Positions 36,338 through 44,685 of a stretch of 44,685 bases of DNA are shown piece by piece; position 1 is the first letter of the stretch; every line of letters begins with the position of its first letter. The DNA lies in assembly GCA_004375715.1 (NCBI GenBank), contig SOKP01000012.1, positions 1 to 44,685 on the forward strand. Direction: 5' to 3'. Both the position numbers and the translations under genes were made by a program. This DNA comes from Promethearchaeota archaeon. Its GTDB lineage: Archaea > Asgardarchaeota > Lokiarchaeia > Sigyniarchaeales > SOKP01. The notes beneath the pieces were generated by a model. The model worked only from the letters and a program-made list of their open reading frames with translations, was not told the origin of the DNA and ran no database searches.

Positions 36338-37573
36338 ATGGAGTGGGGCATCATTTCAACTAAAAACTTTGCTGGAAAAACTACATACGATGTTCCAATT
36401 AAAAGATGGGATCCGTTATCAACTGTGACCATAAGAACTGAAGATTTTGGTCTTAGAAAAGAAAAAATTAAATTTTATGGTCATTACGCCTATATTAGCC
36501 CCGTTCGTGGTAAAAGGCCAAAGGGTTTTACAACTATTGAAGAAAGGAGACAATTTGTCGATTGTTCAAAGAAAGATGCACTCAAGCATAAAGATATCTT
36601 TACATCGATTACAGAAGGAAAGCCAATTTATGATGACTGGGGAAAACAGTTAGGTGATGGTTTTACGATTGTTATTACAGAAGATGAGAAAAGAAAAGAC
36701 AATCCATTTTTAGAAATGCCACATCCAGCTCAGAGAATACCAGATAATAGTAAAGCTCTTACATTAATTAACAGATATCCGTCTATGGCTCGGATTGTTG
36801 ATCCTGAAATTGAAAAAGCAATTACAGATAAATTGCCTTTACATTTGAAACTCTCGAGGGGAATAAATTTAGTTACGATTTCTAGAGATTTCTACCCCTC
36901 CTTGTGCTTTAATTTAATACCTGAAGATGTATTAGCGGGAATTTTTATTTCAATGAAAGCAGCAATTCTTTATTGTGTGGAAGAAGCAATTGAAAGGGAT
37001 TATTACGATATTCCAGTAACACCATTCTTCAACATAGGTATTAAAGTTGGTGGCTCGCAACCTCGCATACATGGCCAAGTCTATATTGATTTGAATATGG
37101 ATGGTCACGGAAGTCGATTAGAGGGTCATCTTGAAGCGTTTAAAGAAATGGGGGATAACTGTCATCTATGCCAAACATCTCATGGAGATAGCGATCGTGT
37201 AATATTAAAAACGGAATATTGGACTTTTTACACCACGGGAAGTCCAGTGAGGAACTACCATATTCGATTTCATCCAAATGAACATTTGCGGAGGTTTTCT
37301 CAACTAAAAGTCAACCAAATAAGTGATTTAGCAAAAATCCTTAGGATCATCTTTCAAGGTTTAGATGATATTTCAATCGATAAAAACAGAAATATTCTTT
37401 TTAACTGTTGTCCTTTTCACTATGACGCAAATTTCCATCTTTTTGGTGATATTATCCCGCATGAAATTATTGGGGGCGCTGAAATGGTAGATGATATGAG
37501 AGTTGCGAGGAAATTACCCCATATCGCCGCAAAAGAGATAAGGGATTCGATTCAAAAATATATTAATCACTGA
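36338..37573 (+). CDS. GalT-like (HIT superfamily) nucleotidyltransferase/phosphorylase, divergent
   Basis: RWDPL, RGKRP, NRYP, FFNIG..GGSQPRIHGQ (variant of HxHxQ), CHLC, FHLF..IIP..GGAE. Confidence 0.72.
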   Translation: MEWGIISTKNFAGKTTYDVPIKRWDPLSTVTIRTEDFGLRKEKIKFYGHYAYISPVRGKRPKGFTTIEERRQFVDCSKKDALKHKDIFTSITEGKPIYDDWGKQLGDGFTIVITEDEKRKDNPFLEMPHPAQRIPDNSKALTLINRYPSMARIVDPEIEKAITDKLPLHLKLSRGINLVTISRDFYPSLCFNLIPEDVLAGIFISMKAAILYCVEEAIERDYYDIPVTPFFNIGIKVGGSQPRIHGQVYIDLNMDGHGSRLEGHLEAFKEMGDNCHLCQTSHGDSDRVILKTEYWTFYTTGSPVRNYHIRFHPNEHLRRFSQLKVNQISDLAKILRIIFQGLDDISIDKNRNILFNCCPFHYDANFHLFGDIIPHEIIGGAEMVDDMRVARKLPHIAAKEIRDSIQKYINH

Positions 37574-37640
37574 GAGTGGTAATAAATTTATATCTATTAT
37601 TCACCATATAAATAATAAAAAGTTTTTTGAGAAGATTAAG

Positions 37641-38789
37641 TTGAGAGATTGGTCTGCCATAATTCTAGCTGGAGGTCAAGGTAAAAGGCTGTTACCACTA
37701 ACATCTTTAATTCCTAAACCGCTAGTAAAGGTAACAAATAAAGCCATGGTAGATTATTCTATAGCTCATCTGATGTATGCTAACATAAAGCATATTATAC
37801 TCGCATTAGCTTATATGGGTAAAGAGTTAAGAAGTTATATAGAAAAAACGTGGACAGCAGATAAATTAGGGGATGTTGAGTTAGAATGCGTTATTCAAGA
37901 AAGTAAGGGAACTGCTGACGCCTATCGCTTAATTAGCGAAAGAATTGATTCTGAGAATATTGTTGTTAGCATGGCTGACATTGTGACTAATCTTCCTATG
38001 GCTAGTTTTATGGATTTTCACATCGAGAAGGGTGGAACAACGACAATTTCGATGAAAACCAGCGAAAGCCATACAAGTCAATATGGTGTAGTTCTTTTAG
38101 ATAATAATCGCAAAATTTACCTTTTTTTGGAAAAACCCGCTCCTATGGAATTATATTTAAGCAGTATGGCTCAAAGAACGGATTTGTTTTTACACACAAA
38201 TATAATAAATACAGGAATATATTGTTTCAAAAAGGAAATTGATCAAATACTTCAAGAAACAGGTTTGATGGATTTTGGAGGAGAGGTTTTTCCATATCTC
38301 CTTGAAAATAGCTATGACCTCTATGGTTTTGTACAAAATTATTACTGGCTTGATTGTGGAAACGCTCAAACATATTTGTGGGCTAACTGGGATTTATTAA
38401 GGAAATATTCCTGGCCAATTACCCCAAATGGTGATGAATACGATGGGATTTATGTAATGGGAATTATTAATTCTGGGCAAAATGCGACGATTGAAAAGCC
38501 AACTTGTTTTGGAGAAAATGTTGAGCTTTTAAACAGAGCAATAATTAAACCTTTAACTTCAATAGGAAATCGCGTTAAGGTCGGAGAAGATACAATTATT
38601 GAGAAAAGTGTCATATGGGACGATGTAAATATTGGTGCAGGGTGCCGAATAGACGAGTCCATCATCTGTAACAATTGCGATATAGGTGATAATGTAGTTC
38701 TACATAATGCGATTGTAGCTCCAAATAGCCGAATTAGTAATGACACCCAGATAAGAGATAAAACTCTTGATTTAGGTACTGATATCTAA
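37641..38789 (+). CDS. NDP-sugar pyrophosphorylase (mannose-1-phosphate guanylyltransferase-like) with C-terminal left-handed beta-helix
   Basis: AIILAGGQGKRLLPLT..PKPL, GTADA, YGVV, FLEKP, INTGIY, DFG, YWLDCG and hexapeptide repeats; TTG start. Confidence 0.88.
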   Translation: MRDWSAIILAGGQGKRLLPLTSLIPKPLVKVTNKAMVDYSIAHLMYANIKHIILALAYMGKELRSYIEKTWTADKLGDVELECVIQESKGTADAYRLISERIDSENIVVSMADIVTNLPMASFMDFHIEKGGTTTISMKTSESHTSQYGVVLLDNNRKIYLFLEKPAPMELYLSSMAQRTDLFLHTNIINTGIYCFKKEIDQILQETGLMDFGGEVFPYLLENSYDLYGFVQNYYWLDCGNAQTYLWANWDLLRKYSWPITPNGDEYDGIYVMGIINSGQNATIEKPTCFGENVELLNRAIIKPLTSIGNRVKVGEDTIIEKSVIWDDVNIGAGCRIDESIICNNCDIGDNVVLHNAIVAPNSRISNDTQIRDKTLDLGTDI

Positions 38790-38805
38790 ACTCTAAAAAT
38801 AGGTC

Positions 38806-41800
38806 TTAGGTTTGAGGATAATTATGCAAATCATCTAAAAACTTAATAACCTGGAAGTTAGTGGTTTTTGAAACTTTTTTAATTATTAAATAATAATCTA
38901 ATAACTTCTTTAATTCCTCATCGACATCATCTTTCGATTTAACAAGCAATTCAATAATAGCAATCGTCCACATCCATTTAATAAAATTATCAAATAATTC
39001 CGCGTTATACCATAGAAGTTGTTGAAATCGGTTAACCTTTAAATATTGCTGTACTTCGGGATCGCTAAAAAACAGTTGGAAAACGGAATACAAATCCTTT
39101 TTGCCATTTATAACTAAATTAGACCAATCTTGTAAACCTATCATCAACTTAATAATTGAATCTACTTCTAAGCTCTCATCCCTTTTATCTTTGCTCAAAT
39201 CATTCAGTGTTTTGTTAATATACTTAGAGAGCCTCCATTCATCAAATAAACTTCGACTTAGGAGCTTATAATTATTATTTGATTCGAATCGCCCTAATTG
39301 GTGAACAATAAGATATGAAAAGATAATACCCCATTCAACTTCAGATAATGGAAGTAAGTTACTGAAAATGTCTCGATATTCCTCTGGAATTCTCATTTCT
39401 CCTATATCATGTTTTAATTTTATTATAACTTCAATTCTCAATACGATATCATTCTTGATATCCGTATAATCCTTTTGACTTGTTGAATACTTTTTTACTT
39501 CAAGCAAAAATGAATCTAGATGATTGTAAATCAATTCTACTTCTTTTCTCACTCTTTTTGGATTTAGAAGATCTTTTAATGAGCTCGTATTGATTATAAT
39601 CTTAAAAGATTCATGCAAGGGTTGATACACAAGTTCGTGTAAGGTTTCATGTATGTTAGGGACACCCTTACCATTTAAAAGATCATGAAGCTGGGCATAA
39701 TGGAAAAACTCATTATCGTTGATGGTTTTAAAGTCCATAAACAAGAACTTTTGATATGCATGTAGTTCAATATATAAACCATAATCATGGAGTTCCTTAT
39801 TTCGTCTTATGTATTCCAATCCAGTAAGAGAATCTTTAAAGATACAATACCCTTCTACAGGTAATTTTAAACCTTCTGCTAAGGTTCTCTGGATTATCTC
39901 TTTATTATCGTTTACTTTATGTGCAAATCCAACTGAATTTTTTATAAAACCGCTCACCTCAGCGTACCTATTATGAAAAATTATTAAGGCACATTCATTA
40001 TTAACCCGGTTAGAATACGCAAACACATCTTCGTTGACTATATTCCCCGTCCAAAAGTCATACAGTAAAAAATTATTAGCATTAGCATAAAGATAGCGTT
40101 TCTTCATTATCGGGAATATAATTTCCTTATGATGCTCTAGTAAGCCTAAATTGATTTCTTCATCCCAGTAAGCCCGTCTGTATTCCATGCCATACTTTTC
40201 GTGATATCCTTCGATTTGTCCATGGCTAAACATTGGAAGCCCTGGCATGGTTACCATCATTAAACAAACGCCAAAATATTTATCTCTATCAGCAAATTGT
40301 TTTATAGCGGTTTCTTCATCTGGATTACTCATAAAATTTACAAATCTTTTAAGAATTTCCGGATCGAATTGGAGAGTATTTTTTAATACTAAACGATACA
40401 TAGCGTTATCCTCATCGCTAAGCATATTCATAAACGCAGAATTGTATACACGATGCATCCCTAGTGTTCTCACAAAAAATCCTTCAAGAAACCAGAATGC
40501 CTCTGCTAATAATAATGTATCTGGATTTTCCTTATTGATCCTGTCAACAACTTCTCGCCAAAATTCTGATGGCATCGCCTTATAAAACTCATCTTTGGAG
40601 ATTCCATGCTCCGCTCTTGAAGGTATAGCACCTCCAGTTCCCGGTTCTGGAAACCATAATCTTTGGTAATGTTTTCTTGTGAGGGTCATTGCAGCATCAA
40701 ACCGAACAATAGGGAACATCTTGGAAACGTGTAAAATAGTCTGAATAACTGCTTCTCGAACATCTGGATTTAAAAAATCCAATTGAGCTGTATCATTCCA
40801 TGGAAAACTAGTACCGTCATTTCCATGATAAATATACTTGATTTCGCCAGTACGAAAATTTTCGTGTTTAAATGTAACGGCGGCATCGGTTCTAGTTAAA
40901 TATTTATCCTCCAGAAATATACCTACATTAGGATCTCCAGATAAATTCTCACCTGAAAAATTATAAGATGGAAACGGAGAATATGGTAAAGAAATATACC
41001 ATTCGGGATGTTCTAGTACCCATTTTGAAACAATTCCAGTGTGGTTAGGCACCATATCACAAGCGAGACGAATTCCTCTCTCTTTAGCCCTATTTTTTAA
41101 ATTATTATAAGAATCATAACCTCCTAATTCATGCGCGATGACATAATCGTAAGTTGAATAAGCACTAGCTTCTGCTTCGGGATTACCACACCATCTTTTA
41201 ATTGTTTTGGACGCTTGGCTTCTTTCCCATAATCCAATGAGCCAAAGGCCAGTAAAACCCCATTCTCTAAGTTGATTTAGTTCTTCATTGGGAATATCAT
41301 GTAATTTGGAAATTGTTCTATCGTACTTTTTCGAAAGCTGATCCATCCAAACGAAAATATTTTTAGCGATCATTATTACTTTTGGCATCCATTCTTTATC
41401 GATAGTATAATTTTCTATTTCCAAAGAATCATATTCATAAGCTTCTGACTCTCCAGGACCTAATCCCCTTAACATTTCTTCTTCCCTTATAATATCAAGA
41501 GCGATTAAGATTTGGAAAGTATACTTTCCTAATACATATCCCCAACTGTCATGAATGTATGTTAGTTGTTCTCGAATTGAATGTGGAAATTTTTCTACCG
41601 GTTCTTTCAACATTTCAATTAAATTTTGATTATTAGGTCCAAATTTAGCTTTTTCTTCAAAAAAGTTAGAGATCTCATCAACGATTTCCCTATAAGCTGT
41701 CCGTTTTTCAAGCGATTCATCGTCAAATAACTCGATAAAAGGAGAATAGGAGGGATTCATATTTCCGAGCCAAAGATTTACAAATTCATCAACAAAATGG

Positions 41801-42219
41801 ATTTCGTTTTCAACTCCCTCAACCTTATCCTTTAAAAACGCTTCAATTTTTTCTTCTTCTTGGTATACAATATCAGGAGGAAATTCCTCTATCAAGGAGT
41901 AGATTGCCCTATCTAATTTAGAACGTCCAATTTTTTTTTCTAAAAATTCATAGAGTTCGTTATTTAACAGTGAATTCTGGGTTTCTTCTTTGTACAAATT
42001 AAACAAGAATTTATTAATTTCGTATATCAATGCCATTCCATTAAATTCACCGATTCGAATAGCAATTTCCGGATAATTAATTAAATCTCTTTTTTGATTT
42101 AATTTTTGAACGAACATCCTAACTAAATGGATATTTCCGTTAAATTCAATATTACCCTTTTCTGAAAATTTAAACTCAGCAAATTCGTACTTATTCCTTG
42201 CGTCTCTCGAGATTTTCAT
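38806..42219 (-). CDS. Large GH13 alpha-amylase-family protein (1137 aa)
   Basis: GH13 conserved regions DMVPNH, RFDAA (nucleophile), AEAFW (acid/base), SNPDE and PGLPMFSHGQ, with long helical N- and C-terminal extensions. Confidence 0.88.
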   Translation of the reverse strand: MKISRDARNKYEFAEFKFSEKGNIEFNGNIHLVRMFVQKLNQKRDLINYPEIAIRIGEFNGMALIYEINKFLFNLYKEETQNSLLNNELYEFLEKKIGRSKLDRAIYSLIEEFPPDIVYQEEEKIEAFLKDKVEGVENEIHFVDEFVNLWLGNMNPSYSPFIELFDDESLEKRTAYREIVDEISNFFEEKAKFGPNNQNLIEMLKEPVEKFPHSIREQLTYIHDSWGYVLGKYTFQILIALDIIREEEMLRGLGPGESEAYEYDSLEIENYTIDKEWMPKVIMIAKNIFVWMDQLSKKYDRTISKLHDIPNEELNQLREWGFTGLWLIGLWERSQASKTIKRWCGNPEAEASAYSTYDYVIAHELGGYDSYNNLKNRAKERGIRLACDMVPNHTGIVSKWVLEHPEWYISLPYSPFPSYNFSGENLSGDPNVGIFLEDKYLTRTDAAVTFKHENFRTGEIKYIYHGNDGTSFPWNDTAQLDFLNPDVREAVIQTILHVSKMFPIVRFDAAMTLTRKHYQRLWFPEPGTGGAIPSRAEHGISKDEFYKAMPSEFWREVVDRINKENPDTLLLAEAFWFLEGFFVRTLGMHRVYNSAFMNMLSDEDNAMYRLVLKNTLQFDPEILKRFVNFMSNPDEETAIKQFADRDKYFGVCLMMVTMPGLPMFSHGQIEGYHEKYGMEYRRAYWDEEINLGLLEHHKEIIFPIMKKRYLYANANNFLLYDFWTGNIVNEDVFAYSNRVNNECALIIFHNRYAEVSGFIKNSVGFAHKVNDNKEIIQRTLAEGLKLPVEGYCIFKDSLTGLEYIRRNKELHDYGLYIELHAYQKFLFMDFKTINDNEFFHYAQLHDLLNGKGVPNIHETLHELVYQPLHESFKIIINTSSLKDLLNPKRVRKEVELIYNHLDSFLLEVKKYSTSQKDYTDIKNDIVLRIEVIIKLKHDIGEMRIPEEYRDIFSNLLPLSEVEWGIIFSYLIVHQLGRFESNNNYKLLSRSLFDEWRLSKYINKTLNDLSKDKRDESLEVDSIIKLMIGLQDWSNLVINGKKDLYSVFQLFFSDPEVQQYLKVNRFQQLLWYNAELFDNFIKWMWTIAIIELLVKSKDDVDEELKKLLDYYLIIKKVSKTTNFQVIKFLDDLHNYPQT

Positions 42220-42294
42220 GAGAATTACAACTCATTACTCTAACATTTATTAAAAGTGCCCTAATGTTAATTGACAAATGTATTTTAAAACAAG

Positions 42295-42335
42295 CTATAC
42301 TAATTATATTTATATATACTATACTAATTATATTT
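42295..42335. repeat. Perfect 17-bp direct repeat CTATACTAATTATATTT in a divergent promoter
   Basis: Copies at 42295-42311 and 42319-42335 (24-bp period), around TTTATATATA at 42309-42318. Confidence 0.8.
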
Positions 42336-42363
42336 TCGATAATTCAAAATTTGAAAGGTTAAA

Positions 42364-43749
42364 ATGTCTTCACGCATACAAAAGTTAGATGAACTTAATA
42401 AAAATGGTCGAATTGTAGGAAGGGCTAATTATATATTTACACCCGAGATTGCGAGTTCTATTGGTTCTATTCATGGGAGTTCTTTTAAGAAAGACGAGAC
42501 TATTGTTATTGGACGAGATTATCATAACGATAGCCGTATGTTAAAGAGAGGTTATACTGCGGGAGTAATGAGTACTGGAGTGAATGTATTAAATCTGACA
42601 GAATGTACATTTCCATTGTTAGAATTCACCATAAGACGATTTGGAGCAAGTGGAGGTGCATATTTTTCAGGAGGTCATCTATATAGTGAAGACGTAGGAG
42701 TGAGATTTGCTGATGCTGGAGGTATAGAATTAGCACCTCTGGAAATAGAAAAAATCATTGAATCATACAATACCTACCCGGCTCAAATTAGACGCGTTGA
42801 TCCTAGGAGGATTGGACGTATTATTGCTATCCCTCAGACTCAAGATGTGTATGTGAAATCATTAGAACAATTTGTCAGCAAAAAACTTATCAAAGAGGCT
42901 GATTTAAAAATAGTAGTTGATTGTTCTTTCAGTCCAACGGGTAAATTAACTCCACTCTTAATTAATGAAGTAGGGGTTGAAGTAATTGCGCTAAATACTC
43001 ATTACCGTGAGAGATCACTAGTTCCGGTTCCAAGCATAAATACTATTAAAAATACTGCAGAAATCGTAAAAGCATCAAATAGTCATTTAGGAGTGTGTTT
43101 TGATGTTGACGGATCACGATTACTAGTAGTTGATGAAAATGGCTTAGAAATTAGTTTCGAAGATCTTTTGATGTTCTTCGTCTCTTATGATGAAAAAATC
43201 CAAAAAGCTAAAAATAGTACGATAATTACTACACCTTCAATTTCTCGCGTTGTTAAAGATTTTATAAAGGAGAGCGGACATCCAATTAAACTTGTAGAAA
43301 ATTATCCCGGTGAGCTTTCTCGTCAAATAAGACAAGAGAGAGCTTGTTTTGCTGCAGCAGATTCCTTGAAATTTTACTTTCCTCATTATTCTCCAATAAG
43401 CGATGGAAACTATATTTTACTCAAAATTTTAGAAATTATGGCTCTTCAAAAGGATTTAATAAGTTCTCTTACAAAAGGATTTCCCAAGGGTATAAAAGTC
43501 AATAAAACAATACCAATTTCGGCAGAAGGATTGGAGACAATCCACAACAAATTAATAGAGTTTGCAGATGAGCATAACTTGAAGTATCAGGATATTATCA
43601 ATGAATTAAAAATTATTGACGATGATGTGTACGTTAATATTAAGGTTGCTCTTAATAGAAATGCGATATTACTCTCTGCAGAGTCGGACGACAAACACAA
43701 ATCAGAAAAAATGATATCGGAGCTATCAAAAATACTTTCCAAATTTTAA
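42364..43749 (+). CDS. Phosphoglucomutase/phosphomannomutase-fold protein with a degenerate active site
   Basis: IGRD..SRML and KIVVDC present. FDVDGSRL replaces DxDxDR, and FSGGHL replaces TASHNP, so the catalytic Ser before His is missing. Confidence 0.8.
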   Translation: MSSRIQKLDELNKNGRIVGRANYIFTPEIASSIGSIHGSSFKKDETIVIGRDYHNDSRMLKRGYTAGVMSTGVNVLNLTECTFPLLEFTIRRFGASGGAYFSGGHLYSEDVGVRFADAGGIELAPLEIEKIIESYNTYPAQIRRVDPRRIGRIIAIPQTQDVYVKSLEQFVSKKLIKEADLKIVVDCSFSPTGKLTPLLINEVGVEVIALNTHYRERSLVPVPSINTIKNTAEIVKASNSHLGVCFDVDGSRLLVVDENGLEISFEDLLMFFVSYDEKIQKAKNSTIITTPSISRVVKDFIKESGHPIKLVENYPGELSRQIRQERACFAAADSLKFYFPHYSPISDGNYILLKILEIMALQKDLISSLTKGFPKGIKVNKTIPISAEGLETIHNKLIEFADEHNLKYQDIINELKIIDDDVYVNIKVALNRNAILLSAESDDKHKSEKMISELSKILSKF

Positions 43750-43930
43750 TCACCCAAAAACACTAAAATTTAATTACATACAAAGTTAAATTATTACTAA
43801 TTTTAGCATATTATTTTATACCACGAAGCGAAATTAAAAATGGTCTGGTATTAATTTAAAATAATATGTTGTTATAATATATATAATTGATAACTAAATT
43901 AAAAATAATAATTAGAAGAGAGTTTTTATT

Positions 43931-44623
43931 ATGGCTGTATTTGATATAAATTCTATAATTATCACAGGAACTTTATTTGTTATATTTGGAGTTTTTTTAT
44001 TTTTCGATCTTTTCAAGAGAAACGAAAAGTACGGTTATTTAGCGTATATTGTTGCTTTAGTACCCGTAAATTTTCTATGGTTTCTTCAGTTTGATGTTCT
44101 AGGGGCGTACTTGATATTGTTTATACTATGGAATCTGTGTTTATTACGGGATTTGTTTGGAGTTTCACGAAAGAATGATCCAAAACGAATCAACGACATT
44201 TTGCTATACCTGGTGTTAGGAGTAATAATTCAAATTATAATAACAGCGATTTTACCAGTGTCAATTGTTAGTATGCAAACTAATACTATGGCGTACGGAT
44301 TTTTCTATCTTCCTGATATTTATACTGCTTCGTTTGGTATTGAACTCTGGGTTAATCCTACAATATTGCTAGTCTTCCGTATTACTGCTTCTTTAATGAT
44401 AGGATTAGTCATCATTCCTTTGCTTGTTGATCTTAGAGATGAAGAGGTACCTCTTCCGGTATTCGTTTTCGTAATTGCTTTGTTTATCCTACCTTTTCTA
44501 TATTTGAGCTTTATTTGGCTACCAGAAGCGATGGGAGTACTAACTTTTCTTATGAGCGTCATCCTATTCATAATTTTACTTATTATAACAAAAAGTGGGA
44601 AAGAAGTCAAAAAAAAGAAATAA
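43931..44623 (+). CDS. Polytopic membrane protein of unknown function
   Basis: 230 aa, about 7 hydrophobic segments, basic C-terminus; no recognisable motif. Confidence 0.7.
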   Translation: MAVFDINSIIITGTLFVIFGVFLFFDLFKRNEKYGYLAYIVALVPVNFLWFLQFDVLGAYLILFILWNLCLLRDLFGVSRKNDPKRINDILLYLVLGVIIQIIITAILPVSIVSMQTNTMAYGFFYLPDIYTASFGIELWVNPTILLVFRITASLMIGLVIIPLLVDLRDEEVPLPVFVFVIALFILPFLYLSFIWLPEAMGVLTFLMSVILFIILLIITKSGKEVKKKK

Positions 44624-44685
44624 ACTATAATTTTGGGTATAACACCTTTTAGGTGATCATCAAATTTAAGTTTTTACTCGTAAGC

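Noticed and set aside
1-44685. CRISPR arrays, transposases, integrases, prophage or defence systems
   Set aside because: No regularly spaced repeats and no such protein motifs recognised in any ORF.

Overview
AT-rich, gene-dense archaeal window. The gene content points to an Asgard archaeon, most likely Lokiarchaeia: Arf/Rag-like small GTPases fused to roadblock/longin-like domains, a V4R protein, single-pass membrane proteins with longin-like tails, cdhA and an MtrH-like methyltransferase. This assignment is inferred from protein families, not from a marker gene. In order, the window holds a receptor-like membrane protein; a sulfate-ester cluster (MBL alkylsulfatase, two type I sulfatases, TauE/SafE transporter); leuA-leuC-leuD; a paralog of the first membrane protein; U32 and pcm; GH57 and a maltokinase-like gene; RHH and ArsR regulators; TPR, MtrH-like and vWA-double-RING proteins; two GTPases flanking a CooJ-like gene, cdhA and V4R; a repeat/zinc-ribbon protein; a D-2-hydroxyacid dehydrogenase; and a sugar-phosphate/alpha-glucan block (GalT-like, NDP-sugar pyrophosphorylase, large GH13, degenerate PGM/PMM). 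The most striking signal is missing from the supplied ORF track. A 32-codon ORF upstream of leuA (8095-8193) ends in 10 Leu of 11 codons and is followed at once by mutually exclusive RNA stems, making it a candidate leucine-sensing ribosome-mediated attenuator in an archaeon. Also notable are a vWA protein resembling eukaryotic TFIIH p44/Ssl1 along its length and a CooJ-motif nickel chaperone behind a lone cdhA. I saw no rRNA, tRNA, CRISPR array or mobile element. All homology calls come from motif recognition by eye; no searches were run.
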